Origin: Candidatus Omnitrophota bacterium
GTDB taxonomy: Bacteria > Omnitrophota > Gorgyraeia > B26-G9 > JBDRCZ01
NCBI GenBank assembly: GCA_043821285.1
Contig: JBDRCZ010000040.1
Span: forward strand, 582-64,581
Direction of reading: 5' to 3'
DNA: 64,000 nucleotides
The position numbers and the translations under genes are program-made. The notes beneath the pieces are model-generated. The model was not told the DNA's origin, searched no databases, and saw nothing but the letters and a program-made list of their open reading frames with translations. This document shows, piece by piece, positions 20,301-29,413 of the stretch (its first letter is position 1; each line of letters starts with the position of its first letter).

Positions 20301-21868
20301 ATGATCAGAAGCGGCAACCCTATTTCATATGGCAATCCAAACGCTTTTATCACAGCAAAACTCCATAATCCCACAAAGCCGCCTGATTCAACAACTGCTG
20401 GCGCTAAATCCTGTCCTACCCAGTCTTGTCCTATCCGATCATACCACCTTTGCAGCCAGGGCCACCGTCCGCCGCGGGATTTTTCCGGAATTTGTAATAT
20501 TATTACTATTTCTTTTGTCAAGGGCAAATTTCTAAGTTCTTCTAATAATCTTTTCAGAATGTCACTAGTGCCTTGTGGACTAAGCCTAAAATTTTCACCC
20601 ACTACATCGCCTACCTGCCTTAATGATTTAACACGCCCATCATCAAACCCAAACAGCGCAATAAAATTCGCCCTGTCTCTTTCTGCATCTTTTCCCTCAA
20701 GGTTACTTAAGTAGTTCTCAATATCTTTTCTAAAATCCTCAAGTTTTTTAAGTACATCTATCTCTTCATCTGTCAATGGTCTCTGCCCAATTTTCCTGAG
20801 TAAATCTTCTAATTTTTCAAGCGGATTTTCTAACAAAGCTTTTAAAAGATTTATCGTACCTTGAACTCTTTCCAGAGGCAATTCTCCTAACCCACGTTCT
20901 ACCCGTTGGTTTTCTGCTGCCTCTTTTTGTGCCACAATCGTCTCTTTCTCTGCTGTAACTAAATCCTCAATTATTTCTGCACCATACAATAGCATTGCCT
21001 GTCTCCATATCTTATGGAGATAAGCTCTGGATACTGGCTTTTTTTTACCGTCTGCCATTGACGTTGTAAATTTATCTGTGTTTATTTCCCTCTTTACATT
21101 TTTTGTTACCTTATCAGAAAGCCTTTCTGCTCTTGACAGCTTCTTCCAAGATTCGCGCAATTCTCTTTCAATCATTTCCCGGTTCTTCCATGCATAATCC
21201 GCCGGCCCGGCATATACCCTTTGCAACACCCCGACTTTATTCTTAGGGATTTTACCCAGTTCAGATAAAAGGTGCATTAATTGGCTTAAGCTTTTATACC
21301 CCAGACGCGTTCTGTGCTGGACAAGCCATGGTATAAAATTAGCCGGGTCACTAAAATCTACCTGCTCTCCTTGTTCCTTCAATAGTTCCGCTAAGTTAGC
21401 CGTGGCTTTGGCGCGAACAAACTCAATCCGCCCCTTTTGAAAACCTTCTGTTCTAAGCATTAACTCGGGAAAACTCATAATCAAGGCTCTTCTATAAGAA
21501 TTTCTAAAACAACTTCTCTCCCCAAGTACTTTTCTAAGTGTACCTAAGGAAAGAAACTGTTTTTTCCTTATGCGATAAAACATTTCCCGTAATGCCGCAA
21601 TCTCTTCCTCAGAAAGCTCTCCTTTTCTAAAAGATTCATATTTATCTTTTAGCCCATGAATCCTCTCAAAAAGCACCTCTCTTACTAATAATATATTTCT
21701 GAGAGTATTCGAAAGACCACGGCTGCCAATCTCCAATGGCACGGCAAGCTGGGCATTTAGCCCTTTGAGGTTTCCCCCAGCAGCCCAGGAGATGTCTAAG
21801 CAGAAGAAGGATTGGATCAGCACGATAGATATTAATTTGAATAATATGTGTTGTTTTAGCTTACTCAT
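17342..21868 (-). CDS. Large secreted multidomain protein, family member D (1508 aa): sigma70 region-4-like HTH, TM helices, LuxR-like HTHs, two class I SAM methyltransferase domains
   Basis: Family signal peptide. RDRANFIALFGFDDGRVKSLRQVG (sigma r4-like). LNPVQIQLLRVLAYPDEDIARIL and LTQEEEKVLKAAAMG (LuxR-like). VLDIGTRKG..FADGSFDAVT..EIYRVLRDQG and ILDVGSGLG..LIGVEW (MTases). Ends LEVERAI. Confidence 0.9.
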   Translation of the reverse strand: MSKLKQHILFKLISIVLIQSFFCLDISWAAGGNLKGLNAQLAVPLEIGSRGLSNTLRNILLVREVLFERIHGLKDKYESFRKGELSEEEIAALREMFYRIRKKQFLSLGTLRKVLGERSCFRNSYRRALIMSFPELMLRTEGFQKGRIEFVRAKATANLAELLKEQGEQVDFSDPANFIPWLVQHRTRLGYKSLSQLMHLLSELGKIPKNKVGVLQRVYAGPADYAWKNREMIERELRESWKKLSRAERLSDKVTKNVKREINTDKFTTSMADGKKKPVSRAYLHKIWRQAMLLYGAEIIEDLVTAEKETIVAQKEAAENQRVERGLGELPLERVQGTINLLKALLENPLEKLEDLLRKIGQRPLTDEEIDVLKKLEDFRKDIENYLSNLEGKDAERDRANFIALFGFDDGRVKSLRQVGDVVGENFRLSPQGTSDILKRLLEELRNLPLTKEIVIILQIPEKSRGGRWPWLQRWYDRIGQDWVGQDLAPAVVESGGFVGLWSFAVIKAFGLPYEIGLPLLIIAGFQFCWQALHLRSALEKQLFVISVLTVVITVPILCIANPVNGGVIQTIQTGAGMIVLFTVPHAVVSSLWKRRKKLILWAKQQRTKRHYYRIVGTQARSEPTEMSTPVKTRWQSLLKTIQTPRIVQETPEQEINRLLRHRDTFENGLNKLSEHLDDLEKRGKEIEELNLIFYFRGTISYDYMVNTLGFSAEEVLYFKEALKRVLEQVVRIGHLHQDRCNEVISQFDAPIAEAMRKRIDAKFRLNTDLHLYRNIARLIFRALVTGWLLIFPVKDIIAVLCAPLIATGYIILIIFIGIPYICCRAYQILYSQWLIKIEINSTDELCSMINEILPQLKNEIKNLNPVQIQLLRVLAYPDEDIARILEWEEGGPIQEEDLQSEIEALKEYLALDSPIRIVLEAIRSRQVPFIAFNARRLPVIAALTRRPLTQEEEKVLKAAAMGEEISFHERGTLDSLKRRWWVDTDTQAVLLWLYLQVNREELLAQTTQDTGGSLTVLLRRIYKRVKPRKDEIIFQEGKDVLDIGTRKGNFLSNLKKANPRIGRLVGIDIEEIGDREEGIEFVRMDEKMLAFADGSFDAVTINNIATELPPCIQFLGEKDEEGTQEREDVENLLSEIYRVLRDQGEIYITIELPPKSVEYKYLNRIVQKTELWRIYEQKGVRAFLTEAGFVDIRIEKIPRYWPDSREGTVRAKTLVRARKQILDEESDANEEPDASTGTNDASSASVQQCSASSSILDVIEGIGSQHPEIVSGEISDGIRTKIQTGEPVKIILDVGSGLGGYLLNRAAIASEQGEDVLLIGVEWHPDKFNYFSKVIENERFSNILILNMSLQDLPQEFKFDEIVMLAPDLRNILSKAIGEKIGELLNEGGIVSVVTNLADRVTLEALTSRYHEPAMKILEGFGAKGLNEETVEVVDLNNPPDYLPPMEGTYFTEANIGLVTLIVYKKPSPQKRAQALEEKGILAAQVTTANTLSALLIERVLEVERAI

Positions 21869-22160
21869 ATGTTAATGCCTCATTACTTAATTTCAAATGC
21901 CAAATCTCCCGCCACCCCGCATCGGCGGGCAGGCAAATGAATCATCCAATAAACAAATATTCTAATCTCAATTTCTAATTAACCTAATACTTCTCGTATC
22001 GTGTATTGAGGATTGAGTATTGAGTTTTTTATTGTAGTTTTTTTATGCTCAATACTCAATACGCAATACACATTACTAATTAAATCCTCGATGCACAATA
22101 CGTAGTTTTAACGTTTTTCTCTGTGAACTCTGTGCGCTCAGTGGTAAAATTTTTATTTTT
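21869..22160 (-). repeat. Conserved leader/hairpin unit upstream of member D, with short GC-rich hairpin insertion (21908-21934)
   Basis: Near-identical to 13696-14010. Confidence 0.85.
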
Positions 22161-22424
22161 TTGCCATTCTGGTTTCATCATTCGTCATTTTCTTCCATTC
22201 TCTATATTTCTTTTATTCTGTCTTATTTCTTTTCGTTTTTCTTCGTGCCCTTCGTGAGCTTCGTGGTAAATTTTTTAATTTCCCGCCAAGCCGCAAAGGG
22301 CGCCAGGGTTGTTAAAAACTCTGTGCAATAATTGTATTTTTTGTTTTCGAGTAATTCGTATATTTCGTGGTTAAAGACTTTAGTTCTTCACACAATACAT
22401 AATGCTCAATACTCACGACAGCAC

Positions 22425-25400
22425 CTAAATTGCCCTCTCCACCACTTCCAACGCTACTATCTGCCCCGGTCCCAGCGCGTCAACTACCCCAGCACAATGA
22501 AAATAGCATGACAAAAGAATATCACAACACCTACGCAACTCTCCCAGCTCAGTTAAATTATTGATTCTCTCAATCAGCAAATACCCCTCATCCCCTAACG
22601 CTTGCTTCAATCCTTCATCTCCCAACTCTTCACGGATCAGTATAAGTAATGGTCTAATGGAATTTACCAGGGGTTCAAGTTCCTCTCTATCATACATTGC
22701 CCTTTTAAGAATTTGCGCTTGCCCATAAAGTACTAAATACCTTATCCAGCTTTGGAAATTTACCGGTTCTCCCTCTGCCTCAGCAAGATTTTGATAAATT
22801 CCGGCAGCCATCAACTTATCACTATTAAACAGAACTTCTAATACTGCTTCATCGCCCTCTAAAGCCGCAAAAATAAGCTCGTCCACGGTAATGCTCAAGA
22901 GTTCTGATTTGTTTTCCTTAATCTCCCGCAGTTTGTTTTTAACATCTTGTCTATTTAAATCCTCAGCCAGCTCCTCCCTCAGACATGCCTGTATTAATAG
23001 CTTAACTTCTGCTGTTGTCTGGATGTCTTTAACATCTTTGCGGAGTATGTCTCTAACCGTCTTTACCCACAACAGGTAATCTACTTGTTCCTTAAAAATG
23101 CTAAGTCCTTCGTCAATCGCATGCTGGTCAGATAATCTTTTATAGTATTGCATAAGCCGTGACAAATTCTTTAGCCGCCATGCACCCATCTCCTCGGGCG
23201 GTTTTATTAGAAAATTAGTGAGTCCTTCTTTATTAATTATTTCTCCAAGCAGTATGTCCAGAGCAACAACCCGCGGCAAGTCAACTGGGGAGTAATATCT
23301 GTCCATTATCGCAGGCGTAATCCGCTGATTAAATATGAATATAAGAACAGCTCCTCTTAGGTCTTCGATGCAGAGTCCTTCTTTTCCAATGCCTATTCCT
23401 TTTGCAAGTTCTCTTACAGCTTCCTCGGACATTTCACTAATTTCTCTCTTTATTGCATTCCACATATTCTGATGATCCAACTGTGACAACCCGCGATTTA
23501 TGGATAAGATTACAACTTCTCTGAATATCTCCGGAGTAATTCTTCTGAGTTCTTCCATTCTGCTGATAAAACCTGTTGTTAAAAGCAGAGTTCCGGTTGT
23601 AACATCAGCGTGTATAGGCGTTCCATCATCTCTGGACATCAATGTGACATTCACTTCCCTTTCACTTGCTATTTGTCTTATCTCTTCAAATGTTGCCCGA
23701 TCTTCTTCAGAAAATACACGCTCACTAGGTCCTTTTCTTCTTATATCTCTACCCTCTGTCTGGGATCCTAATAATGGCAAGGAGATAAAAATCGGCAAAA
23801 ATTTTTTTATCGTTTCCACGGCATTTCTTATTATTTCTGCTAAATTCACTTGCCTATGTCCTCGTCGACGTGGTCTTGCCCCCGTTCTTGGTGGTGAAGG
23901 TGGACTTGTTGGCGGTTCCCTCGGTTCAGTAGTAGATGTCTCGAAATAAATACCTAGCGGCGCGCTCGGTACTTCTCGAGCAGCAGTTAACTCCTTTTGG
24001 TATAATGCTACGGTGTCATCAAACCCCTCATTACGCAGACAATTTATTACATCTTCCAGAGAGTGTTCCAGTCCTATTCCATTAGTAAAAACCCCTGATA
24101 TCTCCTCATCGTTTTTCGCCTCTGCCCTTAGTTTAATCAACAAGCAAGTTAAATCAATCAAAGTTTGCACTTCTAATCGCGTTTTCTTTTTTGCTCGTTT
24201 CGAAAGCACCTCATTAAGCAAACTAACTAATCCCTCAAAACATCCATCTTCTTCTATTCCATAGATAAGGTGTTGTAACTGCTCCTGATTTTCATTGATT
24301 CCAATTCTAATATCATCACGTTGACGGCCTTCACGTAGGCTGGCGTGATAAATTGTTGCAAGCAGGTACGGCAGCCGTGCTCTGGTTCGTATTTGTTGTT
24401 CAGTAGTTTCATCTCCTGAAGATACAAACTCTCTAATGGATCGTTCGATCGCCTCTTGCACCCCCCGTTCAACCCTTCCTAATAATTCCAAAGTTTTATT
24501 GAAAAGCTCCGCATAAATATCCGGCTCCGCACTTGGTTCTTGCACCAGAGTATCTCTATCTGGCGTTTCAACAGGCACTTCTCTCACAGTACGCGCGTAT
24601 ACATCCGCAATAACCATATCAACTTCTCCAAATCCATCCCCAGCATCCAATATCGCCTGCCAGATTAGCTCTATACTAATCTCTTCATCTCCTAACTCTA
24701 CTGTTATTTGATCCAAGATTGCTAATCTTTCCTCTATACCCTGCGGGTTTATTCCTTGTAACAGCGCCGCTCTAATCGTCTCATTGCTAAGTCCTAGGAT
24801 AAATACTTTGATAAGGATATCAATTATTGTCTCTTGCAATGCATCCCTATCCGTGTCTGTCATATCTTCGCTAAAACCATGTGCCGTGATAATATCTTTT
24901 AAAACATCCCACTCGATAATTATTCCCTGGTGCTCTAACTCTTGGCTAAGTTCATTAACAAAATCTTCCAAAGTAAGTGGTTCTCTCTCTGCTGGAGGCA
25001 ATGTATATTCAACTAAAGGTGGCCTTTCCTCTCTTGTTCCTAAGCCCCTGACTCCTTTATCAACCCCACTTGCTGCTTGCAGTGTAATCTCGCTTAAATG
25101 ACCTGCGGCCAAAACCGCGGTATCAACATCTTCTCTTTCTTCATCTATTCCCGGACTTCTTCCTCCAAGTCCTTCTCTTGTCCCTTCTACTGTGATTATG
25201 GGCATTGGTAAAGGAGTTCTTCTATCCCATATTGGTTGCCAGTCTTTTTTCTTTCTTAAAATCAAAAGCGGGAAATGACCGACTAATCTATTTATTCTAC
25301 GTGCCTCGGTTTGTTCCGAAGAATCTACGAACGCGTATTCTATTTCTGGGCTAATGTATTTATCTGACAAGAGCTGCCAGCTATCGCCCAGATAAATCTC

Positions 25401-27614
25401 AAACCCCATTTGTCCCAATGAACTTAATAATTCCTGCGTGACCACTCTTAGTTTAGACATGCTAATTACCAGAATACCTTTTTCATCAAGAAATTCCGCC
25501 AAATTACTGACTGCCTTCCATCGTAATTCATCCGGGATATAATCCAAAGACGGAAGGGTTATTAAATCGAACAACCCGCCTTGTTCTTTCAATTGTTCTG
25601 CTAATCTATCTAAAGAGCGCGCTAAAGGCTCCTGTCCCTGATCATATACTTTCTCTCCTAATTCCAGGCTTTGCCGGATAAATCCCGGCCGGTAATCTGC
25701 TATTTCAACTGCTAAGTTAAGTCCCCGGCCAATTATTTGTTCTGTATCTTGAACCATTTCCCTGTCCAGTCCCCCGCCGCCATCTACTGCCAGCAGTCTC
25801 TGGTCTTGCTTAATTAACCCATTTTGATATAAATATCGATAAATCAATAACCATTGTGTATAAAAGGATGTTTGTTTTATTTCCGCAAGAAAATCCGGCT
25901 GGCTAATCAGCCTTTGCCATAGATTTAAGGCAGCATACCAAAAATTTATATTTTCTTCTCCTTGTTTTAACGAAAAAATATACCGCGTTTCATTATAATG
26001 TGCATTCCTCATCAGTACATTTATATCCCCTTCCTCTTGAACATAGCATCCTTTTGTTTCCAGATATGAGTTTATCCATAGTATTGGTCTTCCACCGCGT
26101 TCACTCTGAAAATATTTTTCTTGTACCGGCTCGCCATTAACATATAAGGTGCTTTCTATACAGCGTATGTTCAACGGACTTTCTTCGCCTTTACTATCAA
26201 CTACCAGCACCTCCGGAAAAACAACCTCGCTTTTTTCCGGGCTAGAGGCCAGTCTGACGTATCTTGAGCCTTGGCTTACTCCGTGGATGAAAACATTCCC
26301 CACGGCAAAACGGGTTGCTTTTAATGTGGTACTCTCTATGGTTTCAGAGACACTAATAACACTGCCTCTTTCGTCCCTAAATATCCCAAGGAACTCCTCA
26401 ACCTCTTTGCTCTCTAAAACTGATAAGCTAATACTGTGCTTAGTAAAGCTCTTGATAATTTGATCATTGAGTAAAAAAGTGGTTTCATTCTCCTTTATTT
26501 CTATGACCTCAATGGACAAAAGAGCTCTATCTTCTTTATGGAGTAAAACCCTCTTGTCTCTGCCCTCACGTATATATCTTATTGGTAACCCCCGGGCAAC
26601 TGAACCTAACCTGAACTCGTATCCTTGCACCACAAAACGTTCTTTTAAATTTTCCGCGCCTTCAAATAATATATCGAATACTAAGTCTCTGTCTTCATCC
26701 TGATAACCAGCAATCCCCGATGGATATTTAATCAAATTTTCTGTGCTAATCTTATTACATGCGTTAATCACCCGTTCAGCGCCGCAATCTTTTATTTGGG
26801 CATAGATAAAAGTATCACTTAGCGTCCATTCTGAGATTTCCATCCATTGTTTAATTCTGAATATTGCTTCTTGTTGCAGTGCGGCTAATTCTGTAATAAA
26901 GGCATCAATGCCTTTAGCAGCAATTTCTGCATAGAGCACTTCTGAACTTAATCCTGGCAATCTTTTTTCCTCAAGCAAGTCTTTGATTTTGTTTAAACTC
27001 AAATTGTCATACCGCGTAATGTCTCCATAAACTGTTTGTATCTCCCGGATAAACCCATGAACCTGCTCTTCACGCACTCCTCTGGCTAATCTATTTTTTA
27101 GCCGAAGATAAACAAACTCCCAAGTCAGGGGAAATCCCACCGCTTTGAAATTATCAAATATACTCCTTAATCTTTCAAACGCGTCACCATAAGGAGCAAG
27201 ACGCTCTTGCGTTTCTATCGCAAATCCCGCCTCTGCTTTTGGATTGGCGGTACTTCTCCTACCGGGGCTTTCCCTTGGCGTTGCTGGTCTACTTTGTTCA
27301 AATCTAATATGTAATTCACCGTTTTCTTTACTAACAACAATCCTGCGTCCATCAGAAAGTACTACGACAATTTCATTTTCTCCAAACTCTACCCCAATTA
27401 TGTCTTCTATTTGGATCCCCTGTCGTTGTAATTCTGGAAAGACCTCAAACAAAATTCCTGTTTGCTGCCCCGCCATTTTAAGCGCTGGCGAAAGGCTCGT
27501 AGACAGACCTGTTATGTTCCCCCCAGCGGACAGGGAAATGTCCAGGCAGAAAAAGGCATTTATTAATATTACAGCTATCAGTTTGAATAATATATGTTGT
27601 TTTAGCTTACTCAT
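22425..27614 (-). CDS. Large secreted multidomain protein, family member E (1729 aa), with a divergent SAM methyltransferase-like domain and Pro-rich linker
   Basis: Family signal peptide. RLLAVDGGGG..VEIADY..FDLITLPSLDYIP..LAEFLDEKGILVIS. PREPPTSPPSPPR linker. Ends LEVVERAI. Confidence 0.9.
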   Translation of the reverse strand: MSKLKQHILFKLIAVILINAFFCLDISLSAGGNITGLSTSLSPALKMAGQQTGILFEVFPELQRQGIQIEDIIGVEFGENEIVVVLSDGRRIVVSKENGELHIRFEQSRPATPRESPGRRSTANPKAEAGFAIETQERLAPYGDAFERLRSIFDNFKAVGFPLTWEFVYLRLKNRLARGVREEQVHGFIREIQTVYGDITRYDNLSLNKIKDLLEEKRLPGLSSEVLYAEIAAKGIDAFITELAALQQEAIFRIKQWMEISEWTLSDTFIYAQIKDCGAERVINACNKISTENLIKYPSGIAGYQDEDRDLVFDILFEGAENLKERFVVQGYEFRLGSVARGLPIRYIREGRDKRVLLHKEDRALLSIEVIEIKENETTFLLNDQIIKSFTKHSISLSVLESKEVEEFLGIFRDERGSVISVSETIESTTLKATRFAVGNVFIHGVSQGSRYVRLASSPEKSEVVFPEVLVVDSKGEESPLNIRCIESTLYVNGEPVQEKYFQSERGGRPILWINSYLETKGCYVQEEGDINVLMRNAHYNETRYIFSLKQGEENINFWYAALNLWQRLISQPDFLAEIKQTSFYTQWLLIYRYLYQNGLIKQDQRLLAVDGGGGLDREMVQDTEQIIGRGLNLAVEIADYRPGFIRQSLELGEKVYDQGQEPLARSLDRLAEQLKEQGGLFDLITLPSLDYIPDELRWKAVSNLAEFLDEKGILVISMSKLRVVTQELLSSLGQMGFEIYLGDSWQLLSDKYISPEIEYAFVDSSEQTEARRINRLVGHFPLLILRKKKDWQPIWDRRTPLPMPIITVEGTREGLGGRSPGIDEEREDVDTAVLAAGHLSEITLQAASGVDKGVRGLGTREERPPLVEYTLPPAEREPLTLEDFVNELSQELEHQGIIIEWDVLKDIITAHGFSEDMTDTDRDALQETIIDILIKVFILGLSNETIRAALLQGINPQGIEERLAILDQITVELGDEEISIELIWQAILDAGDGFGEVDMVIADVYARTVREVPVETPDRDTLVQEPSAEPDIYAELFNKTLELLGRVERGVQEAIERSIREFVSSGDETTEQQIRTRARLPYLLATIYHASLREGRQRDDIRIGINENQEQLQHLIYGIEEDGCFEGLVSLLNEVLSKRAKKKTRLEVQTLIDLTCLLIKLRAEAKNDEEISGVFTNGIGLEHSLEDVINCLRNEGFDDTVALYQKELTAAREVPSAPLGIYFETSTTEPREPPTSPPSPPRTGARPRRRGHRQVNLAEIIRNAVETIKKFLPIFISLPLLGSQTEGRDIRRKGPSERVFSEEDRATFEEIRQIASEREVNVTLMSRDDGTPIHADVTTGTLLLTTGFISRMEELRRITPEIFREVVILSINRGLSQLDHQNMWNAIKREISEMSEEAVRELAKGIGIGKEGLCIEDLRGAVLIFIFNQRITPAIMDRYYSPVDLPRVVALDILLGEIINKEGLTNFLIKPPEEMGAWRLKNLSRLMQYYKRLSDQHAIDEGLSIFKEQVDYLLWVKTVRDILRKDVKDIQTTAEVKLLIQACLREELAEDLNRQDVKNKLREIKENKSELLSITVDELIFAALEGDEAVLEVLFNSDKLMAAGIYQNLAEAEGEPVNFQSWIRYLVLYGQAQILKRAMYDREELEPLVNSIRPLLILIREELGDEGLKQALGDEGYLLIERINNLTELGELRRCCDILLSCYFHCAGVVDALGPGQIVALEVVERAI

Positions 27615-27935
27615 ATGTTAATGCCTCATTAGTTAATTTCAAATCTCAAAATCCAAATGACAAATGAATCATCCAATAAACAAATATTTTAATCTCAATT
27701 TCTAATTGACCTAATTTCCCCAACCTGAACAAGCCAGAACCAAACATAATCACACCACATTTGGCTCGTCCAGCTTGTCATATAAAAACCTTCGTGTTCA
27801 AACTTTCCCTTTTTATTTTTTCTGTCCTCTGACTTCTGTATTCTGTTCTCTTATGCTCGATACCCAATACTCAATGCGTAGTTTTAAAGTCTTTCTCCGT
27901 GTCCTCTGTGCGCTCTGTGGTAAAATTTTTATTTT
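27615..27935 (-). repeat. Conserved leader unit upstream of member E (interrupted at ~27717-27850)
   Basis: 27615-27716 matches the other leaders; 27851-27935 matches 13905-14015. Confidence 0.8.
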
Positions 27936-27989
27936 TTTCACGCAATCCGCAATACGTATCTCCAACACCTAATTCCAAATAATCACCAC

Positions 27990-28060
27990 GATTAAGTGAA
28001 TTTAAAATAAATTTAAAAATAGGATATTAAAGTATAGCATATTTTAGGAATTTTTCAAGG
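27990..28060 (-). promoter_or_regulatory. Sigma70-type promoter (TTGAAA-16bp-TATACT, extended -10 TG) with conserved downstream block, heading the array
   Basis: -35 at 28053-28058, -10 at 28031-28036. Near-identical copy at 48454-48524 upstream of paralog F. Confidence 0.75.
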
Positions 28061-28234
28061 GATTTTTTAAATAACAGCAATTAAGAACCGAATCTGCAAA
28101 ATCCACAAAAATCACGTCAGGAAAAAACATTTTGATTAAATTCGGGAATGGTTGTAAAATGGGTAAACGGGGCCTACAAAGGAATTAACGCGTTTCTTTT
28201 GCACAATAGGGGATACTGTGTGGGGGCACCTTTT

Positions 28235-28680
28235 TCATGATGTATCCCAACATAATCTGATTTGAATCTTCCTTCTTTCTGCCGGCGGCTTAAATACCGC
28301 ATATCTAAAATGTTCAAACATCCGATTGGCAATATTCCTAATACTGCCATAACTTTCCTTACAGATTAATGAACCTCGCTCAATTGTTTCAAATTCTCAC
28401 AGAATTCCTCTCTCTGTATTTCATCGTTTATCTTTTTCCGCGCCCCGCGTTTCATAAGCAGTAAGTTTAACCCCAACCATACCTGGGTCTCTTTTCTATA
28501 GCTTATCTGTTCCGGATTTCGCCCATCTGCTATCTCGCTTAGTCATTCATTAAACTTGGGAAAATAATGCTCTACTGTTGTCTTTAATACTCCGACTAAA
28601 TTTTCTCCCCCTCGCTTTGCCCCGCTCTTTACCCTTTGCTCTTTTTGCCTTTCTTCCGGCTCTTTACATATATTTTGATC
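28235..28680 (-). pseudogene. Transposase remnant (N-terminus joined to C-terminus, catalytic core missing)
   Basis: EHYFPKFNE*LSEIADGRNP..ISY (transposase N-terminal-like, with in-frame stop), then in another frame NIANRMFEHFRY..KIQIRLCWDTS*. Start boundary approximate. Confidence 0.65.
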
Positions 28681-28988
28681 ATTCTCCGGCTTAGTTTTGT
28701 CATCTCTTTCATGTATTCTTTGAGCAGCCAATAATTCTCTACCCACGCTAATACCTCCTCCCGTAACCCTACAGGTACATACGCTGTTCCATTCCCTTCG
28801 CTATCCGTCCAGCTTAAATGCAGCTTCTCATGTCCAGCTCCTTTTACCTTTTGGCATTTACACCCCTTATGCCCGCATCTTACTCTTAAATATGTTGGCG
28901 TTCCCATGATGAAATACCCCACCCGGCCAATCTTTTTTAATAATCCCTTCCTTCGCCGCTCTAACATTGCATAGCTTTCATTAAGCAT
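28629..28988 (-). CDS. DUF6788-like IS accessory protein
   Basis: GT....VRCGHKGCKCQK..GHE.LHLSW..TAYVP..WVENY pattern; inside the IS; good RBS (GGAGGGG). Confidence 0.8.
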   Translation of the reverse strand: MLNESYAMLERRRKGLLKKIGRVGYFIMGTPTYLRVRCGHKGCKCQKVKGAGHEKLHLSWTDSEGNGTAYVPVGLREEVLAWVENYWLLKEYMKEMTKLSRRMIKIYVKSRKKGKKSKG

Positions 28989-29413
28989 CTTTACCCCTCC
29001 TTTCCTTCCTTTTTAGGATGTTATATAGATAACATCCTATTATACCACAAAAAAACAAAGTGCGAAATGTTTTTTGCACTTTGTTGCCTTTTCCCTTTCT
29101 TCCCTCTATCTTGCTGCTTCAAAAGCGCGAAGAATTTTCGGTTCTTAATTGCTGTTAAAATAACGCAGCTGCTTGCAGATTATCGCAAAGGGTAATAAAA
29201 ATACGGATTCTTTCTTATCTGGGTTGGAATAAATGCTGTAATGTATTGATGTGTACAGATAAAAAAACCGCGGTTAAACGATTTATTTATTAAAAATCCG
29301 TGTTTCATCCGTGGTTAAAAAAACTCTGTGCTCCTACAAGTCTGTGTGAGAATCGGTTTTTTTGTAATCTGTACTCAAAAGGCGTGCTATTGGCTAACCT
29401 ATTATAAAGACTA

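Larger units (their letters stand above)
28075..29154 (-). mobile_element. Non-autonomous insertion sequence (DUF6788-type gene plus internally deleted transposase)
   Basis: Perfect terminal inverted repeats CAGCAATTAAGAACCGAA (28075-28092 / 29137-29154). Flanks tttaaataa / ttaaaataa (possible 9-bp TSD, 1 mismatch). Confidence 0.85.

Noticed and set aside
1040-27621. Numerous 60-175 aa plus-strand ORFs in the ORF track
   Set aside because: Antisense shadows of the long minus-strand genes with no recognisable motifs; not credible immunity genes.
4924-27935. Integron cassette array (genes separated by repeated hairpins)
   Set aside because: The repeats lack RYYYAAC/GTTRRRY attC cores, no integrase is seen, and the genes are paralogs with homology extending into coding sequence.
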